A DNA stretch of 64,000 nt from contig NC_042997.1 of the NCBI RefSeq assembly GCF_006345805.1, positions 73,470,001-73,534,000 of the forward strand, read 5' to 3'. Positions within the stretch are counted from its first letter, which is position 1. The number at the start of each line of letters is the position of its first letter. A program made the translations under genes and the position numbers. Below are positions 13,736 to 27,499 of this stretch, in pieces. Origin of the DNA: Octopus sinensis. Its lineage: Eukaryota. The notes under the pieces are model-generated. The model worked only from the letters and a program-made list of their open reading frames with translations. It searched no databases and was not told the origin of the DNA.

Positions 13736-14249
13736 TTACAAAGATTTAAAAATAAAATAGCTAATTTTAGGAGACTAACTTATAGATAATGCCCCGACCC
13801 AAGACAACTTCAGAAACATTCGCATAAGGAAAATTGCACAAATTTTGAGAATACAAAACAGAAACTCACGTTTAGGGAAAATGTTTAAGATTGGCCAAAT
13901 TTTGTCAAAACCTAAGGCAATCTAAATCCTTCATGACTTCAACGTAGGTAATGAATTTTTTTCTTTTTACTTTTTGTTTGCACCAGAGCGTGAGATGACA
14001 ATTAAAAATAAATCGTAAATTGTGGGGTCTTACATTGATAATCAAATTAAGGAAAGCTTAAATATAAGTGTATTTGCTATAGAAATTAATGAAGGGTGAG
14101 GAAAATGATGCAGTGATACAAATGATGAAGATGATGCAGTGATATTCTTGTGATACAAGAATATCTCCATCTATGGTCACCAAAAGAACTGCGCAGAAAC
14201 ATGATCATCAAGTGACCAGTATAGCTGTTATACTCTGACTTACAGTTGT

Positions 14250-15070
14250 CTCGTCTACTCTTGTCTCACCCAACTTTCATTAAGTTCATATGAGATCAGA
14301 AATTCTTTGTACGTCCTCTCATTTTTTGCAATTGAAAATTGAAAGAGTTGATAACAGCTCGACCTAAAAGGAAAGTGTTTGTTCTTCCTCGTAGCTTTCT
14401 CGTATATCAATCAACCTCTTTCATAAAATGTCACCTGACAGAGGGAAATTGTCTTTACTCTCTGACGAGCTAATCATTACAATAGATTCGACTGATTTCT
14501 GGGTCCATCCCACATGTTTGATATATAAGTCTACCAGTCAGCCATGTCAGGAATCTTACCAAGTGCATGCAGAGAAGTTTTGACATTCTGTGCACATCTC
14601 AGACAACTTGTCTGGCGTTGCGTGCATGTCTGCAGAATTTATCTCCAGCCAGCTGCTACCTTCGTTCATTCTGCCAGGTTAGATACAATCCTTTATAGTC
14701 CTCAAGCTAAAATTTCTACGGAATACACTAATTAATTTTGACTGACGCCCGGAGCAACCCTGAAAATTTGACAAGCTTCTCCAACACCATTCTTCCATAG
14801 AGTCCTAGAGTGAGTCCAGACAATACCATTACTCAACTAGTAGAGCATGTTGAACAATTAACGACATTATTCATGTAAATCCCGGTCATTGCTTGATCTA
14901 GGATTTCAGCTCCGTTCGTATGGCATGCGGATAAACATGCCATACGAACGGAGAACACACAGGCTCATTACTTAGGTATCGCAGCAGATGGTACAGCCAA
15001 CGTGTTGTTTCCATACCACGGCCAGCAGTCTAGCTCATCAAATAGAAGGCTCTGATAAAAAAATAGACAG
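14250..15070 (-). mobile_element. Highly decayed RTE-like LINE 3' fragment
   Basis: Minus-strand remnants such as QLAGDKFCRH (cf. LAGHCxRH of RTE C-termini) and SLLFDE..CW. Confidence 0.4.
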
Positions 15071-15129
15071 CCTGATGAGACAGGAACTCTTATCTTTGAC
15101 GAGAACTCGAACATTTGAAGTCTGATCAG

Positions 15130-15800
15130 ACGGCAACTGTGCAAGGTACAACAAAGCCCTTATTCCATAACATATTGGTTATGAATTATAACCTCTTATC
15201 ACAACGGAAAAGGGGGCATCAAAATTCAATTGGTGCATCAGGAAATTATTGAAACAACAAAAAGAAACAAAATATAGACAAGATATGGATTGGTTATCGA
15301 AGAACTTTTGGCAGCATGACGCAGTCATGGATAGTGGAGACATTACTGGTAAATAAAATAGTATTGATTTTATCAGAATGTACCGAACAAACTATACTGA
15401 AATGAAAAGTAAGTCAAAGAATACGTCACAAAAATATCTCTAAACTCATGGGAAGAAAAATTCATCAAACAAACCCCCTTGCCCTCATTCCTCTTTTCAT
15501 TAACTTTATTCCATTTTCTGAATGAAGCTACTAATCTTTTACTTGCTACGGATATTTTACGAACGATATTGTATACAAGGAAGATTTAGATCCAATAACT
15601 GACCGAAAAACCGACTAAATCATACATTATTCAAGCTGAGAACATCATACAAAGTTCGAAAATTTGCCTAAATCTGCAATATGAATTTAATAAATCTGAA
15701 AAGTTAGAATTTAGATGTTAAAAATGAAAGCATTAGAAATACAATACGTCAAATTAGTTGAAACTGATATATTACAACAAACAAAAGAATTAGAATAATG
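15130..15800 (+). mobile_element. Decayed R4/Dong-like RT fragment
   Basis: WIGYRRTFGSMTQSWIVETL (cf. WIDYKKAFDSVPHSWI), preceded by a QKGC-like segment. Confidence 0.6.
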
Positions 15801-16114
15801 CCATAATGAAACACAACGAAGAGTATGAAAACGCTAATCCTCCCAGTTATAAACTACATCCTAAAAATAATAAACCTGAATTTCAACAATATCAGTTCAT
15901 AGATTTTCGTTTCCAAAGTGAATGCATTCGAGAAAGCATTATTCATTTCAGTTAAATGAATATAAGGTCATTAAAATTATTCCAGGAAATAAATACTGAT
16001 ATAATTCAAATAGTTAGACTTAAATAGATACCCTACGTGTTCGGTGTTTATACATATACATACGTGTGCGCGCACACACATACACACACATGCGCCCATA
16101 CCCTCGTGTGTGCA

Positions 16115-16221
<107 letters not shown>

Positions 16222-16290
16222 CATATACATATATACGTTTAAATATTTGTTGTGCATTTATTTTATATGTGAAGTCGTGTGTTGAAACAG

Positions 16291-16582
16291 ATATTGTTAT
16301 ATTTCGGAATGGTCATATTGCTAGTATAGCCAATAAAAACACACGCACTATATATTTGGTGTTATTTTGCTTCAGTGATATTTATTTTTTACATTAATCT
16401 TAATCTTATTTCGGCCAGAGTTCTTTCGTCACACTCCTGTGACCGCATCAGTGGTCCTTTGTTTTCTTCTTTCTTATTTGTTTGTGTCTCTCCGTCAGCC
16501 ATTTTGTATTTCTCCAAATATACAGTGCGTGTGTTTTTATTGGCTATACTGGCAATATGACCATTCCGAAATATAACAATAT
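16291..16582. mobile_element. MITE with ~70-bp terminal inverted repeats
   Basis: atattgttatatttcggaatggtcatattgc...gcactatatatttgg is inverted at ccaaatatacagtgc...ccattccgaaatataacaatat; flanked by TA-rich tracts. Confidence 0.85.
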
Positions 16583-16588
16583 ACATAT

Positions 16589-16620
<32 letters not shown>

Positions 16621-16635
16621 TAATATATATATAAT

Positions 16636-16698
<63 letters not shown>

Positions 16699-16901
16699 CG
16701 TTCCTGGGGCTAAACAGCAGTAACATCTGTCCCATCCAGGATTTCAACATTAAGTTGGCAAATACTCTTTACTTTAAAGTACTGTTACTGAATATCTCTC
16801 TTTCAGAGATTTAGAAATAATAGGCTTTATATTTATATATGCGTGTGTGTTTGTGCGCGCGCATGTTTAAATATGCATGTATATACAGATATATATATAT
16901 A

Positions 16902-16935
<34 letters not shown>

Positions 16936-16990
16936 CACTCACATACACACAAACACACACATACACGCATATATCTATCTATCTATCTCT

Positions 16991-17017
<27 letters not shown>

Positions 17018-17025
<8 letters not shown>

Positions 17026-19703
17026 CAACAATTGAGGGTAAAATTAATTAATTAATTAATCAATTTCACCAAGTATTCAGTATGCAAAGGGACCATTTAA
17101 GGCAAATTCAAATTATTACATTATATAAAAGGGCTTAGTAAATAAATTACTTTGCCGCATACTGAACTCGTTAGAATAGCAGCTAAAAAAACTATTTCTA
17201 ACACTTAAAGAAAACCTCTCTCATATAGTGTTTGCTCAATTCAACTCAAGAAAGTATGAGGGTAGAGACATTAAAAAATCAATGCAAAGGTTTTTGAGTA
17301 CGTACGTTTCAAGATTAGCCAAAATCGACCCTTCTCTCATCAGCTCAGAATGCCCTTGTTTGAATTTGAAAACACTGAAAATGGGAGCATACCCTTTCGG
17401 CTTGTTATCGCTTCTGAAGATCTGTTCCAAACTAACAGTGCCAACAAACTCAAATATGCAAGAAAAAAATTTCTGCTCTCCCCTTTCCACCAGCGTGGGT
17501 TAAAATCAGCAAACACTATGCTTTTTCGGTAAAATCCGAGACAATTAAGTAGAGAGAGATGAATTATAATTTCAACAATTGAGGGTAAAATTAATTAATT
17601 AATTAATCAATTTCACCAAGTATTCAGTATGCAAAGGGACCATTTAAGGCAAATTCAAATTATTACATTATATAAAAGGGCTTAGTAAAATAAATTACTT
17701 TGCGCGCATACTGAACTCGTTAGAAATAGCAGCTAAAAAAACTATTTCTAACACTTAAAGAAAACCTCTCTCATATAGTGTTTGCTCAATTCAACTCAAG
17801 AAAGTATGAGGGTAGAGACATTAAAAAATCAAATGCAAAGGTTATTTGAGTACGTACGTTTCAAGATTAGCCAAAATCGACCCTTCTCTCATCAGCTCAG
17901 AATGCCTTGTTTGAATTTGAAAAACTGAAAATGGGAGCATACCCTTTCGGCTTGTTATCGCTTCTGAAGATCTGTTCCAAACTAACAGTGCCAACAAACT
18001 CAAATATGCAAGAGAAAAATTTCTGCTCTCCCCTTTCCACCAGCGTGGGTTAAAATCAGCAAACACTATGCTTTTTCGGTAAAATCCGAGACAATTAAGT
18101 AGAGAGAGATGAATTATAATTTCAACAATTGAGGGTAAAATTAATTAATTAATTAATCAATTTCACCAAGTATTCAGTATGCAAAGGGACCATTTAAGGC
18201 AAATTCAAATTATTACATTATATAAAAGGGCTTAGTAAAAGCAGAAATTTTTCTCTTGCATATTTGAGTTTGTTGGCACTGTTAGTTTGGAACAGATCTT
18301 CAGAAGCGATAACAAGCCGAAAGGGTATGCTCCCATTTTCAGTGTTTTCAAATTCAAACAAGGGCATTCTGAGCTGATGAGAGAAGGGTCGATTTTGGCT
18401 AATCTTGAAACGTACGTACTCAAATAACCTTTGCATTTGATTTTTTAATGTCTCTACCCTCATACTTTCTTGAGTTGAATTGAGCAACACTATATGAGAG
18501 AGGTTTTCTTTAAGTGTTAGAAATAGTTTTTTTAGCTGCTATTTCTAACGAGTTCAGTATGCGGCAAAGTAATTTATTTTACTAAGCCCTTTTATATAAT
18601 GTAATAATTTGATTTGCCTTAAATGGTCCCTTTGCATACTGAATACTTGGTGAAATTGATTAATTAATTAATTAATTTTACCCTCAATTGTTGAAATTAT
18701 ATATTCATCTCTCTCTACTTAATTGTCTCGGATTTTACCGAAAAAAGCATAGTGTTTGCTGATTTTAACCCGCTGGGTGGAAAGGGGAGAGCAGAAATTT
18801 TTCTCTTGCATATTTGAGTTTGTTGGCACTGTTAGTTTGGAACAGATCTTCAGAAGCGATAACAAGCCGAAAGGGTATGCTCCCATTTTCAGTGTTTTCA
18901 AATTCAAACAAGGGCATTCTGAGCTGATGAGAGAAGGGTCGATTTTGGCTAATCTTGAAACGTACGTACTCAAATAACCTTTGCATTTGATTTTTTAATG
19001 TCTCTACCCTCATACTTTCTTGAGTTGAATTGAGCAAACACTATATGAGAGAGGTTTTCTTTAAGTGTTAGAAATAGTTTTTTTAGCTGCTATTTCTAAC
19101 GAGTTCAGTATGCGGCAAAGTAATTTATTTTACTAAGCCCTTTTATATAATGTAATAATTTGAATTTGCCTTAAATGGTCCCTTTGCATACTGAATACTT
19201 GGTGAAATTGATTAATTAATTAATTAATTTTACCCTCAATTGTTGAAATTATAATTCATCTCTCTCTACTAATTGTCTCGGATTTTACCGAAAAAAGCAT
19301 AGTGTTTGCTGATTTTAACCCACGCTGGTGGAAAGGGGAGAGCAGAAATTTTTCTCTTGCATATTGAGTTTGTTGGCACTGTTAGTTTGGAACAGATCTT
19401 CAGAAGCGATAACAAGCCGAAAGGGTATGCTCCCATTTTCAGTGTTTTCAAATTCAAACAAGGGCATTCTGAGCTGATGAGAGAAGGGTCGATTTTGGCT
19501 AATCTTGAAACGTACGTACTCAAATAACCTTTGCATTTGATTTTTTAATGTCTCTACCCTCATACTTTCTTGAGTTGAATTGAGCAAACACTATATGAGA
19601 GAGGTTTTCTTTAAGTGTTAGAAATAGTTTTTTTAGCTGCTATTTCTAACGAGTTCAGTATGCGGCAAAGTAATTTATTTTACTAAGCCCTTTTATATAA
19701 TGT

Positions 19704-19708
<5 letters not shown>
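17018..19708. repeat. ~550-bp tandem array (about 2.2 forward plus 2.7 inverted units), junction at 18240/18241, flanked by (TA)n
   Basis: Unit start caacaattgagggtaaaattaattaatt recurs near 17025, 17573 and 18123; reverse-complement units follow. Repeated ORFs at 18219, 18765 and 19315 give a period of ~550. Confidence 0.93.
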
Positions 19709-19743
<35 letters not shown>

Positions 19744-19744
19744 T

Positions 19745-20535
19745 ACTAGCAGCATTGCCCGGCTCGTGCGCTCGTGCATTCTATGCACGCGCGAATTAAG
19801 CTAAACTTGGATGAAGTTCAATCAAAATTCAATTATTTTGGTTTTAAAATCAAGCATTTAATGCCCTCTATTTTTGCGCTTATGTGTTCCATTTCCTCAA
19901 TAGGAAGTACGTAGAAGCGTTTAATAAATTTTTTTTGATCAAATAATTGCATTGTTGAATTATTCTTTTAAATCAGTATTTCCCAACGGGGATTTCAGGG
20001 GAGAGTTTCAAGGAATTGCTGGCGATGTATCGTGATGATCAAAAATCCGGCCTGCCAAAATTTGGTTAAAATGATTCAAGCTGCAGACTCAAAGCAAAAT
20101 GGTCACATTTAATTCAAAGCGTTAAAAATGTTATGAAAACAATTGGTATGTGTTCACAAAGTCCAAACGATTAATACGAAAAAACCCTCCAGGCTACATC
20201 CCGAAAATTCATTTCTTTGCCGAATTTCTACAATGTTTACGGCGATTCGTTTTAATATCTTTATTTTTTATTTTTCATGCAATTTACGCATGCTTGCATG
20301 CGTGGTGAACACAGTTCACGTCAAACAGCTGACTGAGTAAAGTTCACTATTCAATGCATGGGATAAGGCCTAAACAAACACATTATCGATTTTTGCACTT
20401 GCGAGATGAATTTCGAAACAGAAATTTTCATTCGCCTAAACTTCAAGTGACCCATTTTTGGTGGTTCTACGCTTTGTTGGCTAGGAGGAGATGTGCCGGG
20501 AAGTTAAACACACAGACACACAAGTTGAGTTATAT
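19745..20535 (-). mobile_element. Non-autonomous Helitron-like element
   Basis: Plus strand begins actagcagcattgcccgg, i.e. a minus-strand GC-rich subterminal segment followed by CTAGT. The other end is tatatataac...tgtgtgtctgtg. Confidence 0.6.
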
Positions 20536-20601
20536 ATATATATATATATAGATATATATGGCGGGGGGTGGGTGAAATATAACGTCTTGATTGACAGTCT
20601 G

Positions 20602-21709
20602 ATATTTCGGAATATAAAAATTCCTTCCTCAGATATCGCTAGGAATTGATCGAGTCACTGCTATAATCGGTTTTCCAACAGTTACTAATTTTTTTTCGGA
20701 AGCGTCTCTGCAGAAGTGCGTGAGGGCGGTTATGTCCCAAGCTCATGTGTGTTGGCATATCCGCAGCGCTGCTTCTAAGTTATGTATTATACAGGCAGAT
20801 ATTTTTCTTTTTTATCATACCTAAACATGTTATCAGAAATTAACTTACTTGCATCCAGATGTAGCTAAATAATATATTGTTTCCTAATTTCCAACCTGTT
20901 GTTAATTTGGGGCCCTAGTCTGTCTATGAGGATAGTTTCCTTAATTCTTAGATTTCCCAAATTTCTATTTTTGGCTTCAAATGTGACCATTATGCTTTTT
21001 GTCGGTGGTCTAGCATCTGTCTAGATGTTTTCTGAAGGTGGAGGCTTGCGTGTTTAGATGTTCCTTGATACGAATGTGTAACGGTCATGTTGCGCTACCT
21101 ACATGGAACGTGTTGCATTTGTTACATTACATTCTATACACAATATTTAGCCGTTGTCATAAATATGTGTTACGGTAGTTAGCTAGTGTGCATTGATTGC
21201 TGTCCCTTGCTCGTTTCTTTGTTAGGTATTTTGCCAGAGAGGGGCCGGAGTGGGCTAGTTGTATGTCTAATTCTTCTTTTCTTATGGCTGTTCGGCCACA
21301 ATTGAGGGCATTGACGGAAATTTTGGAATTCTAAGAATTAAGGAAGCTATCCTCATAGACAGACTAGGCCCCCAAATTAACAACATCCTGGAAATTAGCA
21401 AACAATGAATTATTAGAGCTACATCTGGATGCGTGTAAGTTCATTTCTGGTAACGTGCTCATGTATTATATAAAAAAAACTACACGTATAATACATAACT
21501 TAGAAGCAGCGCGGCGGATTTGCCAACACACACGAGCTTGAGACATAGCCGCCCTCACGCATTTATGAGGAATTCTGGAAGATGCTTCGTGAGACCACTG
21601 TAGAGACGCTTCCGAAAACAATTTAGTTACCGTTGGTAAACCGATTATAGCAGTGACTCTATCAATTCCTAGCGATATCTGAAGAAGGAATTTTTATATT
21701 CCGAAATAT
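20602..21709. mobile_element. Foldback element with ~400-bp diverged inverted arms
   Basis: atatttcggaatataaaaattccttc...gactcactgctataatcgg and further blocks to ~20990 are mirrored at ~21320-21709. Confidence 0.88.
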
Positions 21710-21829
21710 TATATCATATAAGTCTATGAATAATCAAATTATAACAGTGATTATATTCCATTCTGCATTGTTGTGCCATTCACAATGCTTCAAGTGAACT
21801 ACAATATTCTCTAACATATATATATATAT

Positions 21830-22140
21830 ATATATAAAACAAGATGAGAATGTGTGAATGTGTGTCTGGCTGTATGTCTGTGAATCCCTAAAACTTGAGA
21901 ACTACACAACCAATTTCATTCAAATTTTACACATGCCTTAATTAGGGTCCATGTAGTGTCATAGGCCAAAAGAATTTTTAACTTCTTGCCTAGTGCGAGC
22001 CCACAGCAACATCATATCTTCTCCACTATTTCAGTATTACGTGTCAAAGGTGAAACAATAACATCTCTCTATTGCAATGTCAGATACTTTCACTTTAATA
22101 ATTTCACTTTAATACTGAAACTATTAAAGTGAAACTATTA
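21830..22140 (+). mobile_element. Helitron/Helentron-associated non-autonomous element, 5' part
   Basis: tatataaaa start, TG/TCTG microsatellite, then caaccaatttcattcaaattttacaca, the usual 5' layout of such elements. Confidence 0.55.
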
Positions 22141-22167
22141 TCTCACATATATACAGGCATACATACA

Positions 22168-22231
<64 letters not shown>

Positions 22232-22305
22232 GCATATATATATATTTCGTTTTGGGATTTGGTTTGCAAGATTCTTTATATGAGTGCGTGTGTTGAAGCA
22301 TATTC

Positions 22306-22609
22306 TGTTGTGTCTGAGGAGAGTCATTTTCTTTTTGTTCCTTATAATGTAACACACTCACGGTAAAATTTCCACTTATTTCTTATTTTTATTTTCCTAA
22401 AAATCTTTCATTGCGTCTTGCAACCTTTTCAATAAACTTGACTCTGTCCGTTATTTGTAAATAACAGACAGAGTCAAGACTAGAGAAAAAGTTGCAAGAC
22501 GCAACGAAAAAATTTTAGGACAATAAAAATAAGAAATAAGTGGAAATTTTACCGGTCAGTGTGTTACAGTATAAGGTACAAAAAGAAAATGACTCTCCTC
22601 AGACACAAC

Positions 22610-22610
<1 letters not shown>
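22306..22610. mobile_element. Palindromic element with ~130-bp arms and a central hairpin
   Basis: tgttgtgtctgaggagagtc... pairs with ...gactctcctcagacacaaca; centre cttgactctgtccgttattt gt aaataacagacagagtcaag. Confidence 0.85.
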
Positions 22611-22649
<39 letters not shown>

Positions 22650-22655
<6 letters not shown>

Positions 22656-22772
22656 ATCCAAATATGAAAATACAAAGGGAAAACACAACAACGTGAGGAT
22701 CTGGAACAAGTATAGTGTTATTGGACGCTCAGGAAATGAAAGAAAGAAGGAGGATTTAACGTTTCCAGGCGA
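22650..22772 (-). mobile_element. Family 2 repeat, truncated at the hammerhead GAAAC
   Basis: Homologous to 4150-4260; ends at ...gaggatttaacgtttcc. Confidence 0.75.
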
Positions 22773-24399
22773 TTTCAATCCCATGAAAAATACACAGTAT
22801 TTTTCAGTACTAACTACTTCTCAGTATGAAGGTGATGCACAATCATGACCTTAGTCCAGTGACTTAAACCACTAAAAGTAAAATAAAAGAACATCTGTAC
22901 ACTTCTTGCCATTCAAATGAGTTAAAGAATGAATTAATGAGAGTGACTGATATCAGAGAGAATTTACTCTAACCATTCGAATAAATAAATTATTCGCTAC
23001 TTGAAAAATCAAAACTGCTAGATGTTTATAACTTATATCCAGTTTCTTATAATACAAGAACATAAATTGTGATTCATTTACAATTCGATATTCTAACTCT
23101 AATACATGAAAATCTACATATTTATAGGAATACATAAATTGATGAATCGAAATTTTGATTAACATTCAATCCGATTTTGTAACAATATTTTCATACAATT
23201 TCCGGATGCTTTTTAGCAGCAAATTTCAATTTCCTTTGAGATTTTTTATTATTTTCACAACTATTTGCAAGAATATTTTGATTTAGTTTACAAAGAAATA
23301 AAATAAAATAAAAATCTATACTCCGTCTACACGTTATTTGAAACTATATTTCAGTCTTTCAATCAATTTACGCAACCATTATATCAATGAGAAATTTCCC
23401 ATCTATTCCTTTCCTATTTGTAATCTTAAATTCATAAAAAGAAAAAAAAGCGTCAAATGAATCTATTGCGCAGTAATACATCGGAATGGTTACAATATAT
23501 GAAAACTAGAATATATTTATAAAATATATTGTTACAAGTAACCAATTTTTCATTTTTAGAGTGAGTTAGAGTGAGTAAATTCATATACGTTAGACGTTCA
23601 CGCTTACCCAAGAGAAATATAATCTTTTGTGTAATAAAATGGCTGTTGTGTCATCCCCCAGAAAGCTTAATTCTACAGCAATTGCTATACGGAAGAACTT
23701 TTATAACAATGTTTTACTGAAGACACAAAATAACAAATATGAGAGCATGTATGTTTCTAGGAATTGTTAAAGCAATATTTTAAAAGCCGATAATTGAAAT
23801 TAACTGAATTCTAAAGGAAACACTTTGGTGGAGAAAGAATTTCAAAAGATACAGTACTAGACAAAGTGAAAGACAAAAGAAGCAACGAAGTGACAGATTG
23901 GATTTGATCCAGAAAGTGTGTAGACATTTAACTTAAAGTGACATGTTCATTACTTTTATAGTCTAGGTTGTAGAGAGAAAGATTTATAGCAGCCTGTCGG
24001 CGAGTGGGCTTTTGCTGACAGTCGAATAATCTTCCTTTCAATATGATCAAGATAACAACAAATATAGAAATAGTATTGTCCTATACCTATATATGAGCAG
24101 GACATGAATATGGAGTCTATATAGAATCAATACTTGATTAGGACAGCGCAAATTTCTGGCGTTGAAGAGGATGTATGTAACGGAAATTGATTTCACATGA
24201 CCTCACATGTGATGAAGACAGATCATTGTAAACTTTAAAATTTGTTACAAGTTTGAATTTTAGTTGTGTTGTCCAAAATTGTGTAAAAACAGTTTTTTGA
24301 ATATTCGTGTTACGATTGATTTAGTGTTTTTCATACACATACAGCCTGTAGCGTATATCTCCCACGTTGTGTGATACATGTTCTGAGAAGGTTAAGTAG

Positions 24400-25050
24400 G
24401 ATTGAAATGTGGCATTATCAATACAGTTGAGATGTTGGCATTAGCAAAAACAAGGTTGGCAGTAATAGCGAGAAAAATGTGTAAGGGAACTCATTCAAAG
24501 CTTGGTGACCATCCAGTTTGTTAGTGAGCATTGTAACTAAAATGGGACAGAATTGCAAGATACTTCTGGTCCAGGTGAAGTGAAGAAGATGGATCACATA
24601 GTCGGACAATTAAGATAGTGTATTCTCATGGCTCACCACACTGTAACGAATAACTTATCAATACGAAGGACAAAAACCTTGCTTTTACAAAGATCGTAGT
24701 CATTGAACCTTGTATCAACCAAATAATGGATGTGGCTTATAAGGAAAAGTAGTTGGTAGCATAAGGTTCTGAGATAAATTACAATAGATAAAAAATATAT
24801 TGACAATTATTGGTTCATATATAGAATTAAGAGTAATGGAGTCAGAGCAGATTAAGCTATTAAATTGTAGTAATCGTAGAAGGCAAACGAGATTGAAAAT
24901 ATGGTTGCTTTATCTACACTATTAGTACAGAGACATTTACAGATGGACAGCGACGTATAGGAAGATGCTACCAAGTTCTTGAAGATCTGATTCATCTGCA
25001 CTTTGGTGAGTGAGCTTATATCTGTTCGGTGTACGAAAGCATTCTTTCAT
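24400..25050 (+). mobile_element. Decayed Gypsy/Ginger-type integrase relic
   Basis: KGTHSKLGDHPVC...KWDRIARYFWS resembles the H-x-G...T...Y(F)W zinc-binding lead-in of retroviral-type integrases; many stops. Confidence 0.35.
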
Positions 25051-26169
25051 TTCATGATTATTTTCGTGAATATGATGCGTTTGAGGATACATTTTGATAG
25101 CTAATGTATGACTTTCCTAAAGTCTGGTAGACCATATTCTTTATCTCTATTGCTACAACTAAGCTTAGAATGCATCTCTTCCAAGTCATGACTTCTGTTT
25201 GTGCGAAATACGTGAGGAAACCTGCTTACAACTGTAGTGTAGTTTTCGGTGAACAAACGCAGCTCTACTATTTCAAACATTCACAAATCAAATAATCGGT
25301 ATCTTTGAATGACATTCAAGGAGGAGAATGATATCCACTTTAGTTCTTGAAAGTCAGTTTATTTCTTCGAAACGAAACACTAATCTGACTTTCATGCTAA
25401 CAAATAATCAATTGAAGTGTAATGATTTTAATTAAATATGACAGAACAATGAGCTGTTAAACAAAGGTTAAAACTTCAAATGCAACAAGTGTTTAACTCA
25501 CACATGTAGATATATTAAAATGAAGAAGTAATCCGGCAAAAATTATTACCGAAAATACAACTTATATGATGTAATGATAGTTAGTAAACAGCTTCGAGCA
25601 CCATCATAATTCTTTAATTAATATAGTACTACGTACTCCTATTCGATAGTGAATATGATTCCGGATGCTTATCACAATGAATCAGTTATGTTAAATGATG
25701 AAAGAAATATCTTACAAATTTCTTACAGGCAGCGTTGTGTGTTTACATATAACAAGTCTGTGAACATATTTTCTCGGGTATCCTTAGAATGTAAGGTATC
25801 AAGTATCTATGGTATATTTACGAGCATTTAGATTTCGCAACTCAGTCAATTGTGATATTCAATCAAATAGCCTAAAAATGATTAATATTGTTTTCTTTTA
25901 TCATCTATAATAGCTTGAAAAGCTCTTGTTTCATGGGATTTGGCTGTGCTAAATATGTAGCTTAGATGAGAAATTACTAAATGAATAAAAAGTCTAATGA
26001 CTCAAATATTATAAGTTCACCTTCACTGAAGTTGTCGTTTCAGTGTCTTTATGGATAATCGTTTAATTCATCAGCTTAAAATTTCCCAACGTCTTTTAAA
26101 TTACAAAAGAGGGTAAAATAAGTCTCCAAAGTCTAATTGGATAATTAGACACTTACACTAAACCAGTAA

Positions 26170-26306
26170 CTATACTACTACTACTACTACTTCTATTGCG
26201 AATGCTGCTGCTACTGATACTGCTATTGCTGCTGCTGCACTGCTATTACAGCATCTGCTGCTGTTGTTGTGCTGTTCTTACTGCTGCTGCTACTACTACC
26301 ACCACC

Positions 26307-26337
<31 letters not shown>

Positions 26338-26395
26338 ATACTACTACTACTGCTACTACTACTACTACTACTATTACTACTACAAGTAATGCTAC
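26170..26395. repeat. Compound (CTA)n/(CTG)n/(CCA)n trinucleotide tract
   Basis: Direct reading. Confidence 0.92.
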
Positions 26396-27001
26396 AAAAG
26401 CAATAATTATCATGTTGATAAAGCTACATATTTTTAAATAAGTTTATAGTCTATTAAATCGACGTCATATTTTATTTTATGCCCTGACTCAAGAAGACTA
26501 AGCTATTTAATCGAAAATGGGAATTATGGTCGGAATAATTTTTTTTTTTATTCCATAAACACCTCTAAAGCAGTAGAAAAATTGGTCTCAAGTTTAAAAA
26601 CCAGCTTGATTACATATTTTTTGATTTACTGAGTAAGTTCATGTTAGTAAACTTAAACATATATGATATTAGTTTAGCTATATTAACAAAAGCATCAAAT
26701 TAGTACACAATGAGTTCATTATTCCTTTTTTAATAGGAAATCATAATTTTGATATTGTCTCGTATAAAATAGGAAAACGTCTACAAATGAAATGGATTAT
26801 ATTCATAGTATTAATCGTCCTCAACAAAAATATTGATATGGTTTAATATTTGAGAAACTTCAGCAGATTTTATACAACAATAATTAGTTTTGCTATTTTT
26901 ATTCTCTGAATTAATCTCGATGTTGCTGAAATTTTCATTAAACACTTCATGAAATGAATATAAATGCTAATCAGTTTTCTATGAATAAAATGACCATTTC
27001 A

Positions 27002-27395
27002 GGCGCAGGCATGGCTGTATGTTTAAGAAGTTCGGTTTGCTACCGTGTAGTGTCGGGTTCAGTACCACTAAATGGCAGCTAGGGCAAGTATCTACTACTC
27101 TAGCCCCAATGCTGACTTAAGTCTTGTGAGTGAATTGGTAGACGGAAAATGGGTGGAGACCATTCATGTAAACTTAAGTGTGTGTGTGCGTGCTTGTGTG
27201 TGTTTGTGTTTGTCATGCTTCCTACCACTTTACAACAGCTACCGGTTTGTGTATATCATCAACAACAAAGCCAATAGAATAGCTACCAGACTTTAAAAAG
27301 AGAAATTAAGTACTTGGGCGATTTGTTTAACTGCACCATTCATGAGAGTACCCCAGCATGGCCACGGTCGAATGACAGAAACAAGTAAAAGATAA
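27002..27395 (+). mobile_element. tRNA-derived SINE (family 3)
   Basis: A-box-like TGGCTGTATGTT and B-box-like GGGTTCAGTACC; the 3' part (ccccagcatggccac...aatgacagaaacaagt) matches reverse copies near 45820 and 53050. Confidence 0.75.
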
Positions 27396-27499
27396 AAATA
27401 TATACTTATTATTCTTACGCTAGTGCATGCTAATTTAGTTTGCAGGTATTTTATCTTGAGGTTTGGTGAATCATTCTTAGGAATCATGCAGGATATAAA

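Noticed and set aside
17228-19587. Repeated ORFs in the 550-bp array
   Set aside because: Frames differ between copies through indels, and no protein motif was recognised.
17018-19708. CRISPR-like array
   Set aside because: The units are long, fully repeated and lack unique spacers, and the context is eukaryotic.
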